A DNA stretch of 64,000 nucleotides from Isurus oxyrinchus (taxonomy: Eukaryota). The stretch spans positions 109,988,001-110,052,000 of the forward strand of contig JANJGN010000007.1 in assembly GCA_026770705.1 (NCBI GenBank), read 5' to 3'. Made by a program: the position numbers and the translations under genes. The stretch's first letter is position 1, and each line of letters begins with the position of its first letter. A model generated the notes under the pieces. It was given only the letters and a program-made list of their open reading frames with translations. It was not told where the DNA came from and ran no database searches. This document shows, piece by piece, positions 1-10,610 of the stretch.

Positions 1-59
1 AGGACAAATGAGGAGGCTGTTAAAAACAGAGGGGATACTTCATTTTATTGATGAAGACA

Positions 60-400
60 CAGGGTACGGTAAGGAAATTATTTTAAACTTTTATAAAGCA
101 CCAGTTCAGCCTCAGCTGGAATGCTTTCTTCAAATCTGAAGGATGTCAGGGACTTGGAGAGGGTGCAGAAAAGATTTGCTGAAGGTTCGCCTGGTTTAAG
201 GGTCTTGGGTTATGTGGAGAGATTGGAGAAGCTACAGTTGTTCTCCTTAGAGTCGAGAATATTAAGAGGAGGCTTGATAGCGACTTTCAAAGTTATGAAC
301 AGTATTGATTAAAGAAATTAGGAGAAACTGTTCCCAGTGACACAAGAGTCCTTAACCAGAAGATAGAGATTTAAGGTGATTGGTAAAAGAAACCGAGGCA
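60..400 (+). mobile_element. Old CR1 fragment (also at about 43940-44280)
   Basis: LERVQKRF..YVERLEKLQLFSLE. Confidence 0.75.
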
Positions 401-1480
401 TCTAACATTTGGCTGGAAGTTAGTTGCGTGTAGCCCCGTCCTGTTGTTGCCATCGGTTCGTACAGCTTAAATGGACGGCGGTGAGGAGCAGAAATCCTGA
501 TTGATTTTTGCCTCCTGATTTAGATAAGCTAACTCGGCACACAGCGGATTTGGAAACAGGAACCTGCAACACGCTGAATGCAGTGAATAATCAGTCTTAC
601 TTTCATTGATATCTCTTTTCTCTTTGCAACCAGCTTGCTTTAGTTAGTCCAAATGCAGGTTTCACCCAACACACCGCGAAAATTCCTTCCGAAGAATAAT
701 TATATTCGACTGGAAATTTTACTTCGGTTTCTATCTCTATAGATACTGCTGGACCTGCTGATTTTTCCAGGACTTTCTGCCTTTATTTCAGATCGTCAGT
801 ATCCCCAGTATTTTGCTTTTATTATTCGCGAATATTCCTTATTGCATTTCAGGCCTGCTGGACGAATAACTGTAACATTGAAAGGTGTAGATGTAGAACC
901 AACATTTCATCTCTGGTATGGTGAAGGTAAAATTGTCCTCAACAGCTCTGGGATGAAAAAAGGACGATGAGCAGGATTATTAATCTAAATTGCTGTTGCA
1001 GTGAGCTGTAACTATTCCGATGAGTGGAGGCTGGTTGGGGTCTCGATCTAAATATATAAATAAGAACTAAGTATTGGCACATTCACATTGTCTATGCTCC
1101 TACATGAAGTCGGATGCCTTCGGTGAAGTGCTGGAGGACTGCCTGCGCCTGCGGCCTACATCTTTAGTTTCAGTATAGAGTGAAGTATCAAAGGTAGGTG
1201 TTGACAAAGGTGTTGATTGGAACGAAGTGCCCCGGGAGCGGCTGAGAAAACATTACCCTTCACGTGAAGGCTTTTCAATCAGCAGTTAAGGGGTGATCTT
1301 CAATTTCCTAGACTCCACCACGGTAGAATAAACAGACCCAATACGCTGCGTTAGTCATGTGATCTCCATATCGTGGTCATACGTTTCACATATTTACCTA
1401 TGAAATAAAGTTCTTACCCAAGCCACTGGTGATATCATTCTCACTGACAGCAATTTGGCAACTAACTTTTTATTTGCAAT

Positions 1481-1535
1481 ATGTCGATACAAGCTACAGT
1501 TCAGTACATGACTCTTCTGCGCATGGTTTGGCCAG
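1481..1535 (+). CDS. Copy A exon 1, probable leader peptide (MSIQATVQYMTLLRMVWP)
   Basis: ATG at 1481, 55 nt ending CCAG|GTACC (phase 1, matches the V exon); conserved in copy B at 45364-45418. Only moderately hydrophobic. Confidence 0.65.
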
Positions 1536-4500
1536 GTACCTTTGGTTTTTATATGCTACCGGTTTCAGAATAGCAAATCGTAATTAAATTATTCTACAAC
1601 TGTTACGCATTGTAAAATTGCATCCTGTTCCTCTCAAATTCGACTGTTGGCAATTCATAATGGATCTTATATTTTACATCTTTGCTTGTTTTTCTTTATC
1701 TATTGTATGCACTGTCTTCTTCATTTTTTTTGATAGCTGCTGGAGCAACTTCGAACAAACTGGAGCAGTTCCCTAAAGACTTGGACGTGACCAGTGGCGC
1801 GAATGTTTCCATATTCTGCAGATTTCCCATATTTCAAGGTTTTCCTGATGTTCGTTGGTGGAAACGCGACGAGGAAACCTTTCTGGAACCAGATAGCAGA
1901 AAGCGAGTTGATGTAAAAAAAGGAAGTAGTTCGTTTGACATCCTGAATGTGACTTTTACAGACTCCGGGGTGTATTATTGCAAAGTAAGGCATAGGCAAA
2001 AATTAATTGGGGACGGAACTGGCACCCAGCTCACTGTGCACGGTAGGTTTTCTTGTAAGTGGAAGGGTTACAGCTCTTGCGATACATGTCATTTGAGCTT
2101 TTTATCACTTAAGGAAAACCTGGTGATATCGAATTCCTTTTACACATCATTGGGTTTTCTTCCATTGACATCAGTGTACAACGGGCGTCTTAAATTTGAA
2201 ATTAAGCAATGGAATAATATGAACAAAAAACAGAAAATGTCGGAAATATTCAGAAGGTCAGGGAGCCTCTGTGGAGAGAAACAGTTAGCGTTTCATGTCG
2301 ATGATCATAATCGATCCGAAAAGTTAACTCCGTTTCTCTACACAGTTGTCGCCCATTCTGCTGAATATTGCCAGCATTTTCTGTTTGTATTTCAGAATTC
2401 CAGCATCTGCAGTGTGTTGCAATGGATAGGATGGTTCGTCCTATCCAAAATAACGGAGCCACAGTGCAACAATGGAAACGACTATAACACTTCCTAGGTC
2501 AAGTCATTAACACAATATTCAATATCATTTAATTCACCTCAACAGTGTCGTAATTATAAGCTCAGGTGATAACTCCCCGACTACAGCGACGAATATTTCA
2601 GTCACTTTTTCCGCCCACTGCTCGAAAGAGTCCATTTAACAATTTGGATACCGAATTATTCGAAAACTGAGATGTCTATGTTTTTGTTAGGTGTGGGTAT
2701 CAAGGGAACAGAATTAAGTCGGACAAATGGTGTTGAGGTAAAGATCAACCATAATCTAAATGAATGGCAGGGCAAGCTAGCGGTGTTGGATGGACACCCT
2801 GTTCCTATGTCCGCAGTTTATACTTTGTACTTGTGTCCACTAATAACGTGTTCGAAATACCAAACTACTTCCACAAAGTCATACTACAACCCCGTAAGAG
2901 GGGAGATGTTGATCTTGCTCTCAATGTTGGATTCCACCCCAAGTCCTAGGACTTGAAGGACAATTGAGGTGCCCAATGCCCTTATTTCAATTGGTAAACC
3001 AATTGCACTCCTTCTGATGCACTCACAACTGGTAGAGTGGAGGGAGGACAACACCAAACATTTCTATAAACGTCTGGGCTCCCGTATTTGTAATTCATAA
3101 TTTCCATGCTCACTCTCCATATGCAGGCGGAAGTTAGAGCACGAGACCAAGAGAACACTGGCTTCTTTCTCTCCAGAGGGGATTCTGTCACTTTTTGTAT
3201 TAAACCAAAAGCAGATCCATGGGGAAAGGATAGCGAAATTCTGAGGCTTTGCTGGGAGTAAAGGCTAACAACATTTTGAAAATTAACAATGCCATTAATT
3301 TAATAATTTGCTATTAGTACAATACAGTAAAAGAAAACTTGTAAAGAAGACTGACTTTAACAAACAACAAAAGATGCAACCTAATAAGGGACTTTACTTC
3401 CAGTTACCAGGTGATTACAGATAGAGCGGACAGATAGAGCGTTTCACGTCAAGAAATGGTAAATTTGGATTGTTATAAGCAGAATCTTCCCCAGAAAATG
3501 CGTTCAACGGACGGAGACAGAATGCAGTTGTAGAATGGCAAAACCCTGGTATTATATAAAACATGCACTCTGGGTTAGGATTTCCTACTCGGTTTCCGTC
3601 ATCGGTATGGATGCTGTGATCTATACAGCCATAAATAACTATCAAAATAAATTATTTCTTGGCGTCCTAAACACTCCAGCTCTCCGTCCCCCTTTGGTGA
3701 AAGATGCACGATTTGAAACCTCTACCACAGACCCTTGAAATGTTATATAATCAATGGTAACGCACGGATTCTAATCTATATCATTTTCTGGAGTCTATTT
3801 AGATACCGGAGATATTTTCATATCACACATCTTCTCAATATAAACCATTAACACAAAATATCTTCTGAAACATATGAAATATTCGAAAACGGCCATTTTT
3901 AAAATAAGCATACAACGTTTAGAACGACAACGATTTTTACAGAAAACGAGCGTCGGTCCCATGGATCGTGTAGACTGGTTTGCGCTCTCTCGTTGATAAA
4001 TTCGGACAGGAATCTCACTCGGGGTCTGTGCTGCAAACCCTAATCCCGCTCTGGTACCTGACATTTCCATTCCAGGCAGTGACACTTGTTACAAAAACAT
4101 AAAACTGCCGATGCTGGAAATCGAAAACAAAAACAGAATTACCTGGAAAAACTCAGCAGGTCTGGCAGCATCGGCGGAGAAGAAAAGAGTTGACGTTTCG
4201 AGTCCTCATGACCCTTCAGCAGAACTAGGTGAATCCAAGGAAAGGGGTGAAATATAAGCTGGTTTAAGGTGGAGGGGTGGGTTGGGTGGGGGGAGAGAAT
4301 TGGAGGGGGGTGGGTACCCCTCTCCACTTCTCTCCCCCCACCCAACACCCCCCCCCCCAAAACCCCACCTTAAACCAGCTTATATTTCACCCTTTCCTTG
4401 GATTCACCTAGTTCTGTTGAAGGGTCATGAGGACTCGAAACGTCAGCTCTTTTCTTCTCCGCCGATGCTGCCAGACCTGCTGAGTTTTTCCAAGTGACAC

Positions 4501-6827
4501 TTGTTTCTCGGTTGTTACACAGCCTGGGACATACTCCCTCTTTGTGGGTCGCTCGAAAAGACACCTGGCAAATTTGCTGTGCTCCTCATTACATTGTATA
4601 AAATAAATGCAAACACAAAGGTAAACACGTGACAGCAAGGACCACTATTCTCACAGTATGAGGTTAAGAACATATCGAGGATAGATAACCTAGAATGTGC
4701 TCCTTTAAATTCAAAAATATATTTCTTTCCTGTTAAAGTACCTCCAACACCACTGAAAATTGTTCCTGTTGAAGGGATTTCAACGACTTCTCTGAAACTC
4801 GCGTGTAAAACGGCTACCTTTTACCCGGAGGATTTAAGAGTTTCCTGGCAAAGAGATGGTGTGGAAATTCTGACCGGAATAAAAACTGTGAAAAGCGAGA
4901 CCGTGGATGGGCTCTACGAGGTTTCCAGTTCTTTGGAAGAAGCACAGCCTGTCCAGAATAGAGTCGTTTATACCTGTCTGGTATATCACGAGTCTCTTCA
5001 GGTGCCCGTCAATGTCAGCTACATCATAAATCAAGGTAAGATTGGAAACATTTATAGCAGCGAGTGGGGATGTGCTCCAACCTGTGTTTACTCATTAGAC
5101 ATGTAGCTGGGCTGCTGTTCAAACTTGAGTATACAGGGTGAATGTGGACTGTATTTACTCTCAATGTCACATTAATGGGAATGAAATAAAATAATCAAAT
5201 GGTTTGCAGCTGGAGGAGGGGGAGAATATCTCCCTGATGAGATCTGATGGAGGTTGATGTGTGAACTGCTCTAAAAACTGAAAGCTCATTCCTCGTCACA
5301 TTTTTGCCAAATGAAACGAATTTACTCATAAAATGGATCGGTTTTAGCAGTGAATTTTATCTCCCGTATATTTAAATTGAATATATGAGAATATCATTGT
5401 GCTCATCAGTTTTCTCTGGACTGTGCTTTTAGCTGTTTCACCCATAGACTCAAAAATTCCTGCTCTAAATATTTCCGCCTCTCCAACTCTCCTTTTACAC
5501 GCTCCCTGAACTCTACCTCCACCTGTCCGAATATCACTTTATGCGTCTTGTTATTGTTTGATAACGCTGCTGTGAAGTGCGTTTGGGCGTTTTGCTCCGT
5601 TACATGCAAGGTATTCTTGTTACCTACTGAAAGTTGCAGGAGGTATCCTTTGGTAAGACTGTTTATCAGTATTGAAGAGTGGAAGATTTTGCCTCTCTTT
5701 GTTTCCAATGCGCATCTGTCTGGTGTAGCACAGAAAGGTAAAAAGTGTACGTGCCTTACTCTTAACAAACAACCCTCACGTCCATGAGAAGCTTCCTGCG
5801 TCTTTATTGATTTATTCCCTCCTTAAATTGCGTTACTGGCTTTCAGTTTATACCGTTTGGAACACGTTTTAATCCTTCTGCAGCTATGCCCAATTTATGA
5901 AAGCAACCGGTCCCCACGGACATTAAACGGTTACCCAAGAGACAGCTTTACACCTCGCCCTCCTATGTCTGACACATAACTCTGTATATAAATCTCGCTG
6001 TGATCTGCGGGTTCTTGTTTCAATCTTTTCTTGATCCTGTAGGTACTGATGTCAATCTTCTGCTGACCTTTCGATGGGCAGGGGGCATATTGGCGATTTT
6101 ACTATTGATAATTATTTTGACGATACTCATTTTAAAAGCATCAACTGGTAAGAGCATTTTTTTACCTCGCCACAGTCTTTATTTTCTAAAGCCCAGTTAT
6201 ACCGTCAAAAGACATAAAGGACGGGTGAATAGTGTTTCATTATAAAGGAATAACGAGCATGTTAATGCATCTTTAGATAATGAAGTTGATACCACGAGAG
6301 CGTTATGGGATTGAGAGTTCAACATGACAATATAAACCGATTTTGGAATGCGAATATTTCATCTTCTCAATGGAACTGTTCATTCGGTTCATACACTTTC
6401 AATTTGTTACCCCCGGGATCCTTGACGTTCTGCATTTTTAAAAATATCAGTGTAGATCCAGACCTCGACGTGCAAACACTTTGAAGTGAATTTTGACTTT
6501 CTGCGAAGTGTAAAACGGGTGATATATGGAACTGGCAATCTGTTTTACATCTCTGCCTGATTAAATTTCCATTGCAATGTTACGATGTAAAATGGCTCGC
6601 CGACTCTTTGTCACATGCTTTACGCTATCCCACACAAGGCAGTGAGCTCCATTGGGTGTAGCGTATTTACGGAGTACTTCAATTTTCAAGGCTCCTTCCT
6701 TTACACAGTGAAAGCGTTTAGCTTGGAAGTCAGGTTATTGGTTTTGCTTGCACGCTCATTAAGTTATTCAATTTGGAATTCTTCTCTTCCTTTAGGCGTT
6801 AACAGAAATTCTGTGGAAGCTGATTAG
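1481..6827 (+). CDS. IgSF receptor copy A (leader-VJ-C1-TM-short tail), 264 aa spliced; SIRP/NKp30/VJC1-like, candidate activating or tail-less receptor
   Basis: Exons 1481-1535, 1737-2042, 4739-5035, 6043-6147 and 6796-6827 all have GT-AG boundaries with phase-1 introns and sum to 795 nt with no internal stop. Domain motifs are given in the exon entries. Confidence 0.85.
1737..2042 (+). CDS. Copy A V-type Ig exon with J-like G strand
   Basis: TTTTTGATAG acceptor; EQFP..VTSGANVSIFC, VRWWK, DSGVYYC, GDGTGTQLTV; donor G|GTAGG. Confidence 0.93.
2225..2420. mobile_element. Older, decayed palindromic pLTR-like element
   Basis: Inverted arms (AACAGAAAATG..AATATTCAG / CTGAATATT..CATTTTCTGTT); also present in copy B near 47505-47700. 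Confidence 0.6.
4188..4226 (-). ncRNA. Minimal hammerhead-like motif (antisense arm)
   Basis: Reverse complement is AGTT-CTGCTGA-AGGGTCATGAGGACTC-GAAACGTC-AACT. Confidence 0.6.
4410..4448 (+). ncRNA. Minimal type I hammerhead ribozyme-like motif
   Basis: AGTT-CTGTTGA-A-GGGTC(ATGAG)GACTC-GAA-ACGT-C-AGCT: stem I, core, stem II and palindromic ACGU helix III, as in PLE minimal hammerheads; the core has U in place of A6. Confidence 0.65.
4739..5035 (+). CDS. Copy A C1-type Ig exon
   Basis: VPPTP..LKLACKTATFYPEDLRVSWQRDG..DGLYEVSSSL..YTCLVYHESL (C1-set FYP, W and YxCxVxH motifs); AAG|TA acceptor, G|GTAAG donor; 297 nt. Confidence 0.93.
6043..6147 (+). CDS. Copy A transmembrane exon
   Basis: GTDVNLLLTFRWAGGILAILLLIIILTILILKAST; TAG|GT acceptor, G|GTAAG donor; Arg codon CGA at 6072-6074. 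Confidence 0.88.
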
Positions 6828-6844
6828 AGTGAAGAGTCAATGTG
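6796..6844 (+). CDS. Copy A first cytoplasmic exon, with in-frame TAG at 6825-6827
   Basis: CTTCCTTTAG acceptor; GVNRNSVEAD*; TG|GTGAG donor; 49 nt, the same length as the copy B exon 52451-52499, which has CAG at the aligned codon. Confidence 0.72.
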
Positions 6845-6944
6845 GTGAGAATGTTCTTCATATTCCAAAAAGAGGGGTTAGCGGGAAACAGCAAGAAATA
6901 TTGCAACCAACCGAGAAGAATTTAATTAAATGTCATAGGATCAT

Positions 6945-7520
6945 AGAACTGAAGTTATTATGCCTGTCCCGCTTCGGTGAAAAAACTATCCAATCAGCCC
7001 AATTCCCCACTCTTTACCCCATAACGCTTCATTTTTGTTTGTACAAGAAAATCTCTAATTCGCTTTTTTTTAAGTTTCCATTGAATCTGCTTCCTGCAAC
7101 TTTGCAGGAAGTGCATTCCAGACCACAACAGCCGGTTACACTTAAAAAACGCACCTGGTCCTGATTATTTTTCCAATTATCTTAAGTCGCGGTCCCTTGG
7201 ATACCAACCCAATCACCACTGGAAACACTTACTCCATATTTACTTTCCTCAAAACCTCTCATAATTTTGAACAACTCCATTATATTCTTCTTTATCTTTC
7301 ACTGCTCTGTGGAGAACAATCATAGGTTCTCTAGTCTCTCCAACCTAACTGAAGTCCTTCATCCCTGGTACCGTTCTAGTAAATCTCCTTTGTAATTGTT
7401 CCTAAAAATGTTGTTCCCAGAATGGAACACAATGCACCAATGAGGCTTAAGCAGTGATTTATAAAGTTCCATCATAAATTCCTTATTTTTGCACCCCATG
7501 CCCTTATTTATAAGGCCAAA
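6945..7520 (-). mobile_element. Old CR1 3' fragment shared by copies A and B
   Basis: CR1-like tail and RT C-terminal sequence on -; homolog at about 52590-53390. Confidence 0.65.
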
Positions 7521-8397
7521 GTAAACGTGTATTTATTGTAACATACACTAATGATGGATACTGTTTCATCATTCAAGTCATTTCAACAATACGAGGTTCT
7601 TAGATGCCCTGTTGCTTAATTGGCATATTATGTAGCATACCCAGATGTGTAGCATAACTAGGAAGGCACCTAGTTAAAAGTGTTAAAAAGAAAGAACATG
7701 GCAATAGTGCAGGGTAAAGATATCGGTCATGATAGCCGCAGTGTGGCAGGAAGAGATGGGACATAAAGATAATTGGGTGCACCAGCAAATAGGTTCAGAG
7801 TAGGGAAATGGTAAAGGGACAGACATAAGCACTCTGTATCTGAATGCAGCCAGCACTTCTAACAAGATAGATTATTTGATGCTACACATAGGTGAGAAAG
7901 CATGTTCTGAGCAAGTCACAAAGAGAATGCAAAGGGATGTAGATAGGTTATGTGAGTGAGCAAGCATTTGGCAGAAGACGTATGATGTGGGAAAAGGTGA
8001 AGTTATCTTCTTTGGAAGCAAGAGGTGAAAAGTAGAATATCATTTAAATGGAATAAAACTACAGAATACCGTGGTACAGAGGATATAAGACAAAGGTGAG
8101 GAATTTCTTCTCTCAAAGAGTTATGGGGGATGGGGGGATGGGGGGCTGGAGGTAGGAAAGTAGTGTTGAGGCCAGAATCAGATCAGCCATGATCTCATTG
8201 AATGGTCTACTCCTACTCCTGCTTCTTGTCACCATGTCATTAACCTTTGCATTTTTGTACCCAGAGAACAATGGAGGCTGGGTAATTGAACATGTTCAAT
8301 TCTGAATTGGACAGATTTTCATCTACGAGAGTGTCAAGGGTGATTTTTGGCGTGGGGTGGGGGGGTAGTGGAGGGGGCAGTGGGTCGGAACGTGGAA

Positions 8398-8511
8398 GGC
8401 AAGAAAGGCAGTACTGAGAACAACTTGGCCTATACCACTGTCCAAGCCAGCACCAGGCAAAAAAACGCAAAGCCCATTCTGCCAGAGGAGAACATGGTAC
8501 AGATGAGATAA
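8398..8511 (+). pseudogene. Possible orphaned ITIM-like module of copy A (KKGSTENNLAYTTV...)
   Basis: LAYTTV fits the ITIM consensus and its context resembles KGRGRDNKLTYATL of the terminal exon. No acceptor is visible; the upstream segment is deleted relative to copy B. Confidence 0.4.
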
Positions 8512-8869
8512 TTCATTGAAACCCTATCAGTGTTATGTGGTATGACGTTAAGCTGTAGGAATTGGAAAGGTCCCAGTTTCAATAAACCAACTGTTGTTTC
8601 AGTTGATCTCAGCCAAGGTTCATCAGATTTGCCTCATGTCCTAGAACAGAAAGACCTGGGAGTATGTGTGCATTATTCTTTGAAGGTAGCTGGGCAAGGT
8701 AAGCGGGTGGTTAGCAAAGCAGGTAGGATCTTGGGCTTCATAAATAGATACATTAAGAAAAAGCAGGGAAGTCATGTTGAAAATTTATAAAGATTTGTTT
8801 AGTTCACAGAGTATTGCATCCAGTTCTGGTCACAACATACGTGGGCCTTTAGAAGGCTGTAGAGATGAT

Positions 8870-9946
8870 TTCCGCCATATCCCCCAACTCCAGCATGATG
8901 CCACCATCAAACATATCTTTCCTGCACCCCCGCCGCCCCCACCCCCTCCCCGCACCCCCTCCCCCACCCCCCCCACCCCGGTGGCATTCCGCAGGGATCA
9001 TTCACTACAGGACACCCTGGTCCACTCCTCCATCACCCCCTGCACCTCAACCCCCTCCCACGGCACCTTACCATGCAACCGCAGAAGGTGCACCACCTGC
9101 CCCTTCACTTCCCCTCTACTCACCGTCCAAGGGCCCAAACACTCCTTTCAAGTGAAGCAGCATTTCACTTGCACTTCCCTCAATTTAGTCTACTGCATTT
9201 GTTGCTCCCAATGCAGTTTCCTCTACACTGGAGAGACCAAACGCAGACTGGGTGACTGCTTTGCAGAACACCTTCGGTCTGTCTGCAAGCATTACCCAGA
9301 CCTCCCTGTCACTTGTCATTTCAACACTCCACCCTGCTCTCATGCCCACATGTCCGATCTTGGCCTGCTGTATTGTTCCAGTGAAGCTCAACGCAAACTG
9401 AAGGAACAGCACCTCATCTTCCGGCTAGGCACGTTTCAGCCTTCCGGACTGAATATTGAGTTCAACAATTTTAGATCATGAGCTCTCTCCTCCATCCCCA
9501 CCCCCTTTCTGATCCCCCCTTTTTTTCCAATAATTTATACAAATTTTTCTTTTCCATCCATTTCCATTATTTTTAAATGTATTTCCATCCATTGCTTTAT
9601 CTCTACCTTTTAGCCTTTTTTGATTCCTTCACCCCACCCCATCCCCACAGGGCTATCTGTACCTTGCTTGTCCTGATTTCTAACCTTAATTAGCACATTC
9701 CTTAGATAATATCACCACCTTCAACACCTCTTTGTCCTTTTGTCTGTGACATCTTTTGGTTATCTCCTCATATGACTGGCTCTACTTCTCCCACCCACCC
9801 CCACCCCCCTTAAACCAGCTTATATTTCACCTCCCTTCTATTTTTACTTAGTTCTGTTGAAGGGTCATTCAGACTCGAAACTGTAACTGTGTTCCTCTCT
9901 GCTGATGGTGCCAGACTTGCTGAGTTTTTCCAGGCATTTTTCGTTT
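8870..9946 (+). mobile_element. 5'-truncated Penelope-like element (GIY-YIG endonuclease, 3' pLTR with hammerhead motif at 9850-9888)
   Basis: CNRRRCTTC linker, LVYCICCSQC..LYTGETKRRL..EH, GLNIEF; TSD TGTAGAGATGAT at 8858-8869 and 9947-9958. Confidence 0.9.
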
Positions 9947-10470
9947 TGTAGAGATGATGTACCGGAATGGTTCCATGTATGGGGGATTTTGAGGGCAGAT
10001 TTGCTAAAGGTGTACAAGATTATAACAGCTTTAGAGAAAGTAGACAAAGAAAAACTTTCTATTAGCTGATGGCACACGGTCAAAGTTTTGGGCAACGGAC
10101 GCAGGGGAAATGTGAGGAAAAACATTTCAGACAGTGTGTGGTAATGACCCATAACTTGCTGCCCACCAAGGCGGTGGAAGCAGAGATCAATGACTTCAAA
10201 AGGAAATGGGATGGGCACTTCAAGTTCATTTCCTTCCAAGGTTACAGTGATAAGAGTGGGGGAATGGAGCTAACGGAATTGCTCCGTGGAAAGCCTTTAG
10301 ACTGGGTAGGCTGCATACCCTCCCTCTGAGCATCCAATGGACCCTGACTTTAAACTGAATTTGATAACTGATGAGAGAAAATTTCATTACAGCCTTTTTT
10401 TAAACCCTGATTGCCTCAAGCAACGAACTAACGATAAACTAACAGGTGACATTAAATATTACTTTCACAG

Positions 10471-10610
10471 ATTAAAGAGGCAGGGATAACAAGCTGATTT
10501 ACGCCACTCTGCAGCTCGCTGATCCAAGAAAACATCAAAACATTAACAGTAAGACGAACACGTAGTGTACGCAGAAGTGAACATGACAAGGAAAGAGAGA
10601 AGCTGAGAAT
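10471..10610 (+). pseudogene. Decayed terminal ITIM exon of copy A (probably 3' UTR now)
   Basis: TTTCACAG acceptor; LIYATL and VVYAEV are recognisable but lie in different frames, with indels and TAA/TAG stops relative to the open copy B exon 59410-59548. Confidence 0.8.

Larger units (their letters stand above)
4091..4492. mobile_element. Palindromic Penelope pLTR mini-element with two hammerhead motifs
   Basis: Near-perfect inverted repeat; 13-bp TSD AGTGACACTTGTT at 4078-4090 and 4493-4505; empty site in copy B near 49369. Confidence 0.88.

Noticed and set aside
1682-2497. 271-aa ORF as a single-exon secreted or V-only protein
   Set aside because: It starts at TTG within the polypyrimidine tract, reads through a good donor at 2042 into intron and pLTR sequence, and its extension is frameshifted in copy B. 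The spliced model explains it better.
2032-2500. RSS heptamers (CACTGTG near 2032, CACAGTG near 2460) suggesting V(D)J rearrangement
   Set aside because: The first lies inside the LTV codons. The second has no ACAAAAACC-like nonamer at a 12 or 23 spacer. V and J are already joined.
2672-4085. Intron ORFs shared between A and B (e.g. 2672-2956 with 47961-48362, 3795-4085 with 49087-49503)
   Set aside because: Sharing follows from the high nucleotide identity of the duplicated tract; stops differ and no domains are recognisable.
4139-4638. Mirror-image ORFs on both strands (also at 11394-11601 and 46962-47277)
   Set aside because: Artefacts of palindromic pLTR insertions, with no protein features.
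1481-6827. Assigning a gene symbol (SIRPA, NCR3, PDCD1, TAPBP, NCR3LG1)
   Set aside because: The architecture overlaps several families, and orthology cannot be established without phylogeny and synteny.
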